Positions 46,386 through 54,987 of a stretch of DNA of 64,000 nt are shown here, in pieces. Origin of the DNA: Betaproteobacteria bacterium (GTDB lineage: Bacteria; Pseudomonadota; Gammaproteobacteria; Burkholderiales; SG8-41); contig VGID01000017.1 of NCBI GenBank assembly GCA_016868035.1, forward strand, positions 430 to 64,429. Direction: 5' to 3'. The translations under genes were made by a program, and so were the position numbers. Every line of letters begins with the position of its first letter. The stretch's first letter is position 1. Below the pieces are notes generated by a model. It was not told the origin of the DNA, ran no database searches, and saw only the letters and a list, made by a program, of their open reading frames with translations.

Positions 46386-46724
46386 GTGAGCACTATTTTT
46401 GGCAAGATCATCCGACGCGAAATCCCCGCCGACATCGTCTACGAGGACGAGCAGTGCCTCGCGTTTCGAGACATCAATCCGCAGGCGCCCACGCACGTGC
46501 TGATCATCCCCAGGAAGGAGATCTCCACGCTCGGAGACGCCGGTGTCGGGGACCGCGATCTTCTCGGACACCTCGTGCTCGCGGCCGCGAAAATCGCGTG
46601 CCAGCTCGGGGTGGAAAAAGCGTTCCGGCTGGTCATCAACAACGGCGCGGAGGCGGGACAGAGCGTGTTCCACCTGCACCTGCACCTGCTCGCGGGCCGC
46701 CCCTTCCGCTGGCCGCCGGGCTAG
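46386..46724 (+). CDS. HIT-family (histidine triad, HinT-like) nucleotide hydrolase
   Basis: IFGKIIRREIPADIVYEDEQCLAFRDINPQAPTHVLIIPRK and the triad HLHLHLL. Confidence 0.9.
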   Translation: MSTIFGKIIRREIPADIVYEDEQCLAFRDINPQAPTHVLIIPRKEISTLGDAGVGDRDLLGHLVLAAAKIACQLGVEKAFRLVINNGAEAGQSVFHLHLHLLAGRPFRWPPG

Positions 46725-48847
46725 GCCCTGTCCGATTTCCTGGGGCCTGGCTCGAGCCGGCGCGTCAGTTCGCGCGGGGGCTGCGGCTTCCCGAACAGGT
46801 AGCCCTGCGCTTCGTGGCAGCCTTTCGCCCGGAGAAAGGCGAGCTGTGCGGGCGTCTCCACGCCCTCGGCGACCACTCTCTTGCCCAGGGTATGCCCCAG
46901 GCCGATGATGGCTTCGCAGATCGCATCGGCGTTGGAATCGCGCCCGATGTGGTCGACGAACGACTTGTCGATCTTGATCGAATCCACGTCCAGCTTGCGC
47001 AGGTAGCTCAGGGAGGAATAGCCCGTGCCGAAGTCGTCGATCGAGATTTGCAAGCCGAGCCCGCGCAGCGCGGTGAGTATCGAGATGCTGAGCTCGACAT
47101 CGTCCATCGCCACCGATTCGGTGATCTCGAGCTCGAGCAGCCCGGGCCCGATATCGCTGCGCGCGAGCGCTCCGCGCACGTAATCCAGCAGCCGCGGATC
47201 CCGGAACTGCTGGGCGGAGAGGTTCACCGCCACGCGCGGCGGCGCGTAGCCCTCGTCGGACCACAGCCGGACCTGGCGGCACGCTTCGCGCAGCGCCCAT
47301 TCCCCGATCGGGCTGATCAAGCCCGTCGTTTCGGCCACCGGGATGAAGCGCACGGGTGAGACCTGTCCCCAGTGCGGGTGCGGCCAGCGGATCAGCGCTT
47401 CGCAGCCAGCGAGGGTCTCGCTGCTTCCGGCGATCGCCACCTTCGGCTGGTAGACGAGATGGAACGCGCGCTGCTCGACCGCCGTGCGCAGCTCCTGTTC
47501 GATCTCCTGGCGCTCCCGCGCCTCTTCGGCCATCGCGGGCGAGAAGAACTGGTAGCGCACTCGAGTGTCCCGCCGGATCCGGCTCAGGGCAAGCTCGGCT
47601 TCGTGGAGCATCTGCTGCGGCGTCGAGCATCCGGTGGCGGTGGTCGTGATCCCGATCCGGCCTTTCAACCGGACTTCCTTGTCTTCCACAGTTATCGGCT
47701 CCGCAATGCGCGCGAGCAGGCGCTCGGCCTGGCGTGCCGAATCGACCGCGCTGCGCACCTTGGCCCGCGCTACCCCGAATTCGTCGCCTTCGAGGCGCGC
47801 GACGAATTCCTCGCGGCCCATCGCCTCGCCGAGACGCCGGGCAATCTCCGTGAGGACCTTGTCTCCGGCGGCCTGCCCGAGTCCGTCATTCACGGCACGG
47901 AACCCGGAAAGATTGAGCACGGTGACTTCGATGCTCTCGCCGCGCTCGCAAGTGCCCGACAGGACCTGCTGCAGGTGCTCGAGGAAGAACTTGCGGTTGG
48001 GCAGTCCGGTCAGCGCGTCGTGGTGGGCGAGGAACCGCGCGTGCTCCTCGGCGCGCAGGCGGTCGGTGCGCTTGCTTTCGGCGACCCGCGTGAGCATTTC
48101 GTCGTGGGCGGAGAACAGCTCCCCGAGCTCGTTACCCGGGCGCGACCCGATCCGGTGGCGATCAGCCACGTCGGGGTCGGCGGCCGCCGCGACCATGCTG
48201 CCCCGCAGCCGGAGGATCGGGGCGAGCACCCCGCGGTAGACCACGATCATGGTTCCGGTGGTGACCACGGCGACGATCAACAGCACGAGCCCGGCGATGC
48301 GCAGCACGAACGCCCGCAACTCGGCGCCGACGTGGGAGCTGTCCAGGCGTGCGAGGAGGAGCCGCGGCTCGCCGGACATGTCCGCACGCCATGCAATGTC
48401 GTAGCGGTTCCCGTCGCCGCTGCGGTGTCTGAGCCTATTGCCGGGATCCTGCAACATCCGGTCGAGCCCGACATCGAGCGATGCCAGCTCGCCGGCACTC
48501 ACCAGTTCCGAGCCATCGGGGTGCCGCACCGCGAGTCCCACGAACAGGGGCTGCTCGACCAGCTTCCGCACCTGGTGCGCCAGCAGGTCCGGGCGTTGCG
48601 CATCGTCGAGGGCAAGCGCTGCGCGCACGGCCGCCGTTGCCTTGTCTTCAAGCCGCTGCAGCTCGGTATGCTCGAAGTTGAGCGCCGACGGGACCAGGAT
48701 GATGCTTTCGATGATGAGAATCAGCAGAAATACCGAGTAGGTAACGGACCGGCAGAGGCGGCATGCGAGCAGGCGCTGCCCCAGCGTGCCGTGCCCGGCC
48801 CGCGACGGCTCTTCCGGCCCGATCATCGATTGCGTGCTCTCACTCAA
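46721..48847 (-). CDS. Sensor protein: TM, periplasmic domain, HAMP, GGDEF, EAL
   Basis: Two TM segments flank a ~150-aa loop. HAMP (VYRGVLAPILRLRGSM), GGDEF-like (HDALTGLPNRKFF..LEGDEFGVA) and EAL (AFHLVYQPKV..EITES..DDFGTGYSSLSYLRKLDVDSIKIDKSF). Confidence 0.85.
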   Translation of the reverse strand: MSESTQSMIGPEEPSRAGHGTLGQRLLACRLCRSVTYSVFLLILIIESIILVPSALNFEHTELQRLEDKATAAVRAALALDDAQRPDLLAHQVRKLVEQPLFVGLAVRHPDGSELVSAGELASLDVGLDRMLQDPGNRLRHRSGDGNRYDIAWRADMSGEPRLLLARLDSSHVGAELRAFVLRIAGLVLLIVAVVTTGTMIVVYRGVLAPILRLRGSMVAAAADPDVADRHRIGSRPGNELGELFSAHDEMLTRVAESKRTDRLRAEEHARFLAHHDALTGLPNRKFFLEHLQQVLSGTCERGESIEVTVLNLSGFRAVNDGLGQAAGDKVLTEIARRLGEAMGREEFVARLEGDEFGVARAKVRSAVDSARQAERLLARIAEPITVEDKEVRLKGRIGITTTATGCSTPQQMLHEAELALSRIRRDTRVRYQFFSPAMAEEARERQEIEQELRTAVEQRAFHLVYQPKVAIAGSSETLAGCEALIRWPHPHWGQVSPVRFIPVAETTGLISPIGEWALREACRQVRLWSDEGYAPPRVAVNLSAQQFRDPRLLDYVRGALARSDIGPGLLELEITESVAMDDVELSISILTALRGLGLQISIDDFGTGYSSLSYLRKLDVDSIKIDKSFVDHIGRDSNADAICEAIIGLGHTLGKRVVAEGVETPAQLAFLRAKGCHEAQGYLFGKPQPPRELTRRLEPGPRKSDRA

Positions 48848-49215
48848 ATGAACTCTCGTGGTCCACGTTCTGCCGTGTCCAAAAAAGTATACGCTTTGTC
48901 ACCGGTTGCAGGTATGCCGTATGCCACTATACGAAATGTGTTTGCGCCGATCGCGCGCAAGACGGTTCTGACGATTCGGGATCGCGCGGGCCGCACCTGC
49001 GATGGTCGTGTGAAGAGCTTGTAAGATTATGGGCGATTTGCCGGTCTTATCAATGTGGCGACCGGATCGGCCGAGGAGGCCGCGCGCAGAACGACGTTTC
49101 CGGCGGAGTTTTGCGCGTACGCTTCGGATACCGGGCGCCGGTGCATAGTTCTGCCTGTCGGGCGAAGTCCGGAGAGGAGTCCGCCTGGTTTTTTTCTTCA
49201 ACAAGGAGGTTCCGA

Positions 49216-50007
49216 ATGCAACTTGAACTCAAGCCCGTAGCCCGATCGCTCGCTTCGGCCGGTCTGCTGACGTTGGCACTGGGGATGCCCTTCGCGGCGG
49301 CCGGCGCATGTCGGCCCTGTGCCCCGCGGCCAGCACCGAAATCGAGCGCCAATCCATGCGCTGCGAAGAACCCGTGCGCGCCGCGGAACCCGTGTGCCGC
49401 GAAGCGCAATCCGTGCGCGGCGAAGAATCCCTGTGCGCCCAGGAACCCCTGTGCCGCAAAGGGTGCTTGCGGGGCCGGCAAGGTCGATCGGAAGCTCGCG
49501 ACGCGGCCGAAGGATTACAAGCCCTACAAGGCCGATCGCGCGGTCCTGGTCAAGGAAGGCGAGGTGATGTGGAAGGACACCAAGCTCAGCACCAACGGCC
49601 TGTCCTGCAACAGCTGCCACGTGAACAATGCGGGGTTTGCCGCCACGTTCGCGAAACCGTACCCGCATTACGTGGCGATGGCGCAGCAGCAAGCCGGGGT
49701 GAAGCAGGTGCACCTCGACGAGATGGTGCAGTTCTGCATGATCGTTCCGATGGCGGCCAAGCCTCTGGCGTGGGACTCGCGCCAGCTCGCCGCGCTGACC
49801 GCGTACACCGCGGACGTCCAGAAGAAGTTCAAGCCGAATCCATGTGCGGCGAAGAAGGGCGGCCCGTGCGGCCCGTGCGCTCCGAAACGCAATCCGTGCG
49901 CGGCGAAGAATCCGTGCGCGGCGAAGAACCCGTGCGCGGCGAAGAACCCGTGCGCGGCCAAGCGCAATCCGTGCGCGCCCCGGAATCCTTGCGCCCCGAG
50001 GAAGTAG
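49216..50007 (+). CDS. Secreted monoheme c-type cytochrome flanked by N- and C-terminal (N-P-C-A-A/P-K/R)n Cys-rich repeat tails
   Basis: RBS aaggagg then ATG 49216. Signal peptide MQLELKPVARSLASAGLLTLALGMPFAAAGA. Repeat tails at aa 31-88 and 207-263 (9 Cys each). The core carries CNSCH (nt 49606-49620) in the context WKDTKLSTNGLSCNSCH and a distal MIVPM. Confidence 0.7.
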   Translation: MQLELKPVARSLASAGLLTLALGMPFAAAGACRPCAPRPAPKSSANPCAAKNPCAPRNPCAAKRNPCAAKNPCAPRNPCAAKGACGAGKVDRKLATRPKDYKPYKADRAVLVKEGEVMWKDTKLSTNGLSCNSCHVNNAGFAATFAKPYPHYVAMAQQQAGVKQVHLDEMVQFCMIVPMAAKPLAWDSRQLAALTAYTADVQKKFKPNPCAAKKGGPCGPCAPKRNPCAAKNPCAAKNPCAAKNPCAAKRNPCAPRNPCAPRK

Positions 50008-50370
50008 CGCGATTCGTGATACTGGGCCGCGCGGGAAACGGAGATTCGCGCGATTCCGCGCGGGGAGGAAGATAGATTGCGGCGGCGTGGGCCGCCTTGT
50101 TCCCGTCGGGCATGAAACCAAGGTCCGGCTCGCGGCCACCCGGCGAGCCAGCCGGTGCGCCGAGCCGGGCCGCTTGCGACCGGCAGCGGGGTCGCGTATG
50201 GTGGGGAGCAACCGGATTTTCGGAAGCGCCTGCTTCGTGCGAGACTTTCCGCGCCGCAGCGCGTTTTTGGCAGCCTCGATCTGGGAGCAAACGGAAAGTG
50301 GCTATACGGGCAGTGTGGTTCCGTAACCGGGGCTGCATCGCACCCATCGTCTACAAAACGGAGGATCAAC

Positions 50371-50736
50371 ATGCAGTTCCAACTGAGACCCATGGTTCGT
50401 TCACTGATATCGACCGGCATCGTCACGCTCGCTCTGGGCGTGCCCCACGCGCTGGCACAGGCGCCCTGTCGCCCATGTGCGGCGCGGGCGAAATCGGGGG
50501 CCAATCCGTGCGCGGCGAAAAGCCCGTGCGCGCCGAAGAAGAACCCGTGTGCGGCGAAGAAGGCAAGCCCGTGCGCGGCCAAGAAGAAAGCCCCGTGCGG
50601 TCCGTGCGCGGCGAAGAAGGCAAGCCCGTGCGCAGCCCAGAAGAAAGCGAGCCCGTGCGCGCCGAAGAAGAATCCGTGCGCGGCAAAGAAGCCCAATCCG
50701 TGCGCGGCGAAAAATCCCTGCGCGGCGAAGAAGTAG
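50371..50736 (+). CDS. Secreted 121-aa protein consisting almost only of x-P-C-A-A/P-K(K) repeats (paralog of the cytochrome's tails)
   Basis: RBS ggagg then ATG 50371. The signal peptide MQFQLRPMVRSLISTGIVTLALGVPHALAQA is clearly paralogous to that of 49216. The mature part has 13 Cys, every one preceded by Pro, and is Lys-rich with no His, Met or aromatic residues. Confidence 0.6.
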   Translation: MQFQLRPMVRSLISTGIVTLALGVPHALAQAPCRPCAARAKSGANPCAAKSPCAPKKNPCAAKKASPCAAKKKAPCGPCAAKKASPCAAQKKASPCAPKKNPCAAKKPNPCAAKNPCAAKK

Positions 50737-50740
50737 CCGC

Positions 50741-51673
50741 ATGAGCGCCGTGCCGCCGCGCGCAGGGAGTGGCGCCGGCAGCACGGCGCGCCAGACCCGG
50801 TCCGGGGCCGCATCGAGAGCCCCCGGCGCCGGAAGCCAGGCGCGCGAAACCCGGCGCGCAGCGAAGCTCGCGAATGCAGCGATGAAATCCGCGCCCGCCA
50901 TCCCGGCGCAGCAGGTGGAAGGGCCGGAAGCATTGCTTGCGGCCTCACCGCAGCTCGCCCCTCCCGCGCTCGCCGCGCTGGGCAAGCGGCGGTTGCGTGC
51001 GATGCTCGCCGAAGGCCTCGACATCCTCGAGTGCTTCCGCGTGCTCAAGAAGGGCGGTCTCAACATCGTGGGCGAAGTGCTGCGGGGGCAGGGCACGTTT
51101 TACGAGTACACGCATTACCCGCAGGACGACGTCTACGACCGGGACACCCGCTCGCAGTATTACTATCATGCCCATCGCGGGATGGCTGGAGAAAACGGCC
51201 ATTTCCACACCTTCATCCGGTTGCCGCGCGAGCCGCGTCCGGCCTCCGCAGCGCATGATGCGGCGGACGACCCGGACGCCGCGGACGAGGACGAAGCGGT
51301 TCACCTGGTGGCGATCTCGATGGACGCGTACGGCTGGCCGATCGGACTGTTCGCGACCAACCGCTGGGTGACGGGAGGCGGTTGGCTTGCCGCCGAGGAG
51401 ACCATCGGGCTGCTGCCCGAGTTCTGCGTCGACCACGCGGATCCGTCATGGCCGGTCAACCGCTGCCTGAGCGCCATGTTCGGCTTGTTCCGGCCGCACA
51501 TGGAGATGCTGCTCCGCCACCGCGATGGCGTGATTGCCGCGCGCGCGGCGGCCCTGCCCGGGAGCGACGTGCTCGAGGACCGCGAGCTTGAGATCACCGG
51601 CTATCTGCCGGTCTCGGTCGAAGAGACGGTCGCGGAGTTGCGCGCGCTTCTGGGCAAGGATGGACGCGGATGA
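50741..51673 (+). CDS. Conserved hypothetical protein with a His/Tyr-rich motif (possibly a DUF6969-type family; unverified)
   Basis: ATG 50741 lies 4 nt after the previous stop. The N-terminal region is low complexity with no signal peptide, then LNIVGEVLRGQGTFYEYTHYPQDDVYDRDTRSQYYYHAHRGMAGENGHFHTFIR. Start uncertain (alternatives include MKSAP.. and MLAEG..). Confidence 0.55.
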   Translation: MSAVPPRAGSGAGSTARQTRSGAASRAPGAGSQARETRRAAKLANAAMKSAPAIPAQQVEGPEALLAASPQLAPPALAALGKRRLRAMLAEGLDILECFRVLKKGGLNIVGEVLRGQGTFYEYTHYPQDDVYDRDTRSQYYYHAHRGMAGENGHFHTFIRLPREPRPASAAHDAADDPDAADEDEAVHLVAISMDAYGWPIGLFATNRWVTGGGWLAAEETIGLLPEFCVDHADPSWPVNRCLSAMFGLFRPHMEMLLRHRDGVIAARAAALPGSDVLEDRELEITGYLPVSVEETVAELRALLGKDGRG

Positions 51674-52152
51674 TCGCCTCGCGCCCGCGGACACGATGGG
51701 CATGGCTCGGAGCAGCGTTCGCGCTGTGCGCGCTGCTCCCGGCGCTCGCGCAGGCGCCGCTGCCGGGGACGCGGACGATCGCAACCAAGCACTCCTTCGA
51801 GGCTTTGGTCGCACGCGTGGAGCAGGCGGTCGATAAGCACGGCATGGCGGTGGTTGCCCACGCGAGCGCGAGCTCCGGGGCCGCATCACGCGGCATCAAG
51901 ATCCCCGGCAATGCGGTGATCATGGTGTTCCGCAACGACTACGCCGTGCGCATGCTGCAGGCGAGCGTGCCGGCGGGCATCGAGGCGCCGCTGCGAATCC
52001 ACGTGACCGAAACTCCCGGCGGCCGCGCCACGCTGACCTATCGGGAGCCGAGCGCGGTGTTCGCGCCCTACGCAAGCCCGGCGCTCGATGCCGTGGCAAA
52101 GGAGCTGGATGTCGTATTCCGCAACATCGTCCGCGACGCGGCCGGCGGCTGA
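51670..52152 (+). CDS. DUF302 domain protein with signal peptide
   Basis: ATGA overlap with the upstream gene. Signal peptide ..LCALLPALAQA. FEALVARVEQAVDKHGMAVVAH...GNAVIMVFRNDYAVRML..EAPLRIHV is typical of DUF302. Confidence 0.8.
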   Translation: MIASRPRTRWAWLGAAFALCALLPALAQAPLPGTRTIATKHSFEALVARVEQAVDKHGMAVVAHASASSGAASRGIKIPGNAVIMVFRNDYAVRMLQASVPAGIEAPLRIHVTETPGGRATLTYREPSAVFAPYASPALDAVAKELDVVFRNIVRDAAGG

Positions 52153-52165
52153 GCGCGCCGGTGGT

Positions 52166-53308
52166 ATGGCGCCGGCGCGCGCGCAGCGCGGCGTGCTGGC
52201 GGCGGCGCTCGCGCTCGCGGTCGTGATCCTCGTGCTGATCACGGGCGCGGGCTGGCGCATGCCCGTGTTGTTCGCATTGGGCATCGCGCTCGGACTCACG
52301 CTCTATCTCACCGGGTTCGGTTTTACCTCGTCGTACCGCGAATTGCTTGTGCATCGCAACGTCGCTGCGGTGAAGGCGCAGCTGGTGATGGTGGCGCTCG
52401 CTACCGTGCTGTTTGCGCCGGTGCTCGCGGGCGGCTCGGTCTTCGGGCAACCGGTGGCAGGAGCGCTGGCCCCCGCGGGCGTGCCGGTGGCGATCGGTGC
52501 CTTTCTCTTCGGGCTGGGCATGCAACTCGGCGGCGGCTGCGGCTCGGGAACGCTCTACACCGCGGGCGGGGGCAGTCCGCGCATGCTGGTGGTGCTCGCC
52601 GCGTTCTGCGCGGGCGGCTTCTGGGCGAGCCTGCACATGCAGTGGTGGGACCGCCTGCCCGCAGCGCCCGATGTCGCGCTGTCCGACCTGCTCGGCTGGC
52701 CGGGCGCGGTCGCGCTGCAGCTCGGCGTGCTGGCGGTGTTGTGGCTTGCGCTCGGCCGGGTGGCGCGTCGCGGGGCGCGTTCGACCCAGGACGTGCCCTC
52801 GTTCCTGGCGCAGCGCCATTTCTGGCTGGCGGGCGCGATCGCACTCGCGCTGCTGAACTTTTCCGTGCTGCTTGCCGCGGGCCACCCGTGGACCATCACC
52901 TGGGCGTTCACTCTCTGGGGCGCCAAATCGGCGCGCGGGCTGGGATGGGATCCGGAGTCGGCGCCGTTCTGGAGCGGCGACTTCCAGCGCACGGCGCTCG
53001 AAGGCGGCGTGCTGCAGGACGTCACCTCGGTGATGGACATCGGCATCATGATCGGCGCGCTGGCGGCGGCGGGTCTCGCGGCGCGTTTCCGCCCGCAATT
53101 CACGGTGCCGATGCGATCGCTGCTCGCCGCGGTCGTTGGCGGGCTGCTGATGGGTTATGGGGCGCGCGTCGCCTTCGGATGCAACATCGGCGCGTTTTTC
53201 TCGGGTGTGGCATCCACCAGCCTGCACGGGTGGATGTGGATCTTCGCGGCGCTCGCGGGCACCTGGTTCGGAATAAGGATGAGGCCATGGTTCGGACTGA
53301 AAAATTGA
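52166..53308 (+). CDS. YeeE/YedE-family membrane protein (putative thiosulfate/sulfur-compound transporter)
   Basis: ATG 52166 within ORF 52088-53308. Two half-repeats carry the Cys motifs LGGGCGSGTLY and AFGCNIGAFF that are characteristic of YeeE/YedE. Confidence 0.8.
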   Translation: MAPARAQRGVLAAALALAVVILVLITGAGWRMPVLFALGIALGLTLYLTGFGFTSSYRELLVHRNVAAVKAQLVMVALATVLFAPVLAGGSVFGQPVAGALAPAGVPVAIGAFLFGLGMQLGGGCGSGTLYTAGGGSPRMLVVLAAFCAGGFWASLHMQWWDRLPAAPDVALSDLLGWPGAVALQLGVLAVLWLALGRVARRGARSTQDVPSFLAQRHFWLAGAIALALLNFSVLLAAGHPWTITWAFTLWGAKSARGLGWDPESAPFWSGDFQRTALEGGVLQDVTSVMDIGIMIGALAAAGLAARFRPQFTVPMRSLLAAVVGGLLMGYGARVAFGCNIGAFFSGVASTSLHGWMWIFAALAGTWFGIRMRPWFGLKN

Positions 53309-54432
53309 TCGGCAGGGCACGCGTCGCGATGGCGGCGGCTTTGCTCGCGTTTGCGGCGGATGCGGCTGCGAACCCGCAGTGGCGCGGGGAGTGGCCGCGG
53401 ACGGACTTCTCCAAACGTACCGTTGCGCTCGAGGAGATCCAGTCGGGCGGCCCGCCCAAGGACGGCATACCCGCGGTGGACCAGCCACGTTTCGTGACGC
53501 AGGCCGAGGCGGCGCGCTGGCTCGACCCGCGCGAGCCCGTGATCGTCTTCGAGCACGCAGGCGACGTGCGCGCGTATCCGCTGCAGATCCTGACGTTCCA
53601 CGAGATCGTGAACGACACGGTCGGCGGAATTCCGGTGGCGGTCACGTTCTGCCCGCTCTGCAACGCCTCCATCGTCTTCGACCGGCGGATGCAGGGAGCC
53701 GTGCTCGATTTCGGAACGACGGGCAAGCTGCGCAAGAGCGACCTCGTGATGTACGATCGGCAGACCGAGAGCTGGTGGCAGCAGTTCACCGGCCAGGGCA
53801 TCGTCGGCCGGCATGCCGGCACGGTGCTCACTCAGGTGCCTTCGACCATCGTCGCGTTCGATGAATTTCGCAAGGCCTATCCGAAGGCGCAAGTGCTCTC
53901 GCGGCAGACCGGCTTCAGCCGTCCGTACGGCAGGAATCCCTACCGCGGCTACGACCGCGTGGGCGATCATCCCTTCCTGTTCTTCGATCCGGTGGACCCG
54001 CGCCTGCCCGCGATGGAGCGGGTGCTGGGCGTCACGAGCGGGGGCAAGACGCGCATCTATCCGTTCGCGGTGCTCTCCGGGCAACCGGTGGTGAACGACG
54101 AGGTGGGCGGCGAGCCGATCGCCGTGTTCAGCCAGGAAGGGATGCTCTCCGTGCTCGACGCGGAGGTGATACGGGACTCACGGCGCATCCCCGCGGCGGC
54201 CGCCTACAGCCGCGCGGTGCGCGGCAAGGTGCTCTCCTTCGAGCGCCGCGACCACCGTATCGTGGATCGCGAGACCGGCTCGCAATGGGACATCTTCGGC
54301 CGCGCGACCGCGGGCCCATTGCAGGGCGCGAGGCTCAAACCGGCGGACAGCGGCGTGCATTTCGCGTTCGCATGGCTCGCGTTCCATCCCGGGTCCGAAA
54401 TTTACGGCAGCACGGGGGTGGCGCGACGCTAG
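53287..54432 (+). CDS. DUF3179 domain protein, secreted, with CPLC motif
   Basis: ATG 53287 overlaps yeeE by 22 nt. Signal peptide ..AAALLAFAADAAA. GGPPKDGIPAVDQPRF, AYPLQILTFHEIVND and VAVTFCPLCNASIVFDR are DUF3179 hallmarks. Confidence 0.8.
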   Translation: MVRTEKLIGRARVAMAAALLAFAADAAANPQWRGEWPRTDFSKRTVALEEIQSGGPPKDGIPAVDQPRFVTQAEAARWLDPREPVIVFEHAGDVRAYPLQILTFHEIVNDTVGGIPVAVTFCPLCNASIVFDRRMQGAVLDFGTTGKLRKSDLVMYDRQTESWWQQFTGQGIVGRHAGTVLTQVPSTIVAFDEFRKAYPKAQVLSRQTGFSRPYGRNPYRGYDRVGDHPFLFFDPVDPRLPAMERVLGVTSGGKTRIYPFAVLSGQPVVNDEVGGEPIAVFSQEGMLSVLDAEVIRDSRRIPAAAAYSRAVRGKVLSFERRDHRIVDRETGSQWDIFGRATAGPLQGARLKPADSGVHFAFAWLAFHPGSEIYGSTGVARR

Positions 54433-54444
54433 CGCCGGTAAGTT

Positions 54445-54987
54445 TTGGCCCGCAACGCCGGTCTTACTATTTCGATGCTGCTGGAGAACAAACGCTCGCG
54501 ATTCGAAAGCCTGGTGAAGGCATTCTCGGCGGAGCTGTTTCGCTACGCTCACTGGCTGTGCCGCGACCGTTTCCTTGCAGAGGATCTGGTGCAGGAGACG
54601 TTCATGCGCGCGTGGCACGCCTGGGCAGGGTTGAGGGATGACAAGGCCGCGCGAAGCTGGCTCTACACGATACTGCGCAACGAGCATGCGCGGCTCTACG
54701 AGCGCAAGCGCCTCGATATCGCCGCCGGCTTCGATCTGGATGCCATCGCGGATCGCACCGCGGGACTTGCCGATCAGCGGCTGGAGATGCGCGAGGCCCT
54801 CGAATCCCTGCCCGGCAGCTACCGCGAGCCGTTGATATTGCAGGTGCTCGGCGGTTTCAGTTGCGCTGAGATCGCAGGGATCATGGATTTGAGCATGGGC
54901 GCGGTCATGACGCGCCTCACCCGCGCGCGGCTTGCATTGCGCAGGCTGCCGGGATGGGAACGCACACGCAAGGTTGGGAAGCGATGA
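54445..54987 (+). CDS. ECF-type RNA polymerase sigma-70 family factor
   Basis: Region 2 (AEDLVQETFMRAWHAW..SWLYTILRNE) and region 4 (YREPLILQVLGGFSCAEIAGIMDLSMGAVMTRLTRAR). The start may be ATG 54475. Confidence 0.85.
   Translation: MARNAGLTISMLLENKRSRFESLVKAFSAELFRYAHWLCRDRFLAEDLVQETFMRAWHAWAGLRDDKAARSWLYTILRNEHARLYERKRLDIAAGFDLDAIADRTAGLADQRLEMREALESLPGSYREPLILQVLGGFSCAEIAGIMDLSMGAVMTRLTRARLALRRLPGWERTRKVGKR

Noticed and set aside
45063-47630. 855-aa minus-strand ORF
   Set aside because: It spans four real genes on both strands and is Arg/Ala/Gly-rich. It is a GC-bias artefact.
49306-50004. 18-bp periodic DNA repeats considered as a CRISPR-like or non-coding tandem array
   Set aside because: There is no repeat-spacer structure. 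The units are contiguous, in frame, vary mainly at synonymous positions, and flank a cytochrome core inside one ORF.
50323-50351. GTAACC ... CGTC as an ECF-type promoter upstream of the Cys-repeat gene
   Set aside because: The spacer is ~19-20 nt rather than 16-17, and the -35 is imperfect. This is not enough to call a promoter.
50477-50740. 5' part of the 398-aa ORF (Arg-rich RRRIRARQR...)
   Set aside because: It is an alternative frame of the Cys-repeat gene. A plausible start for the downstream protein is ATG 50741, right after the repeat gene's stop.
49668-50948. 426-aa minus-strand ORF with AAHGFF repeats
   Set aside because: It is the antisense translation of the NPCAAK repeats. It has no signal peptide or RBS, whereas the plus-strand genes have RBS, signal peptides and a CxxCH motif.
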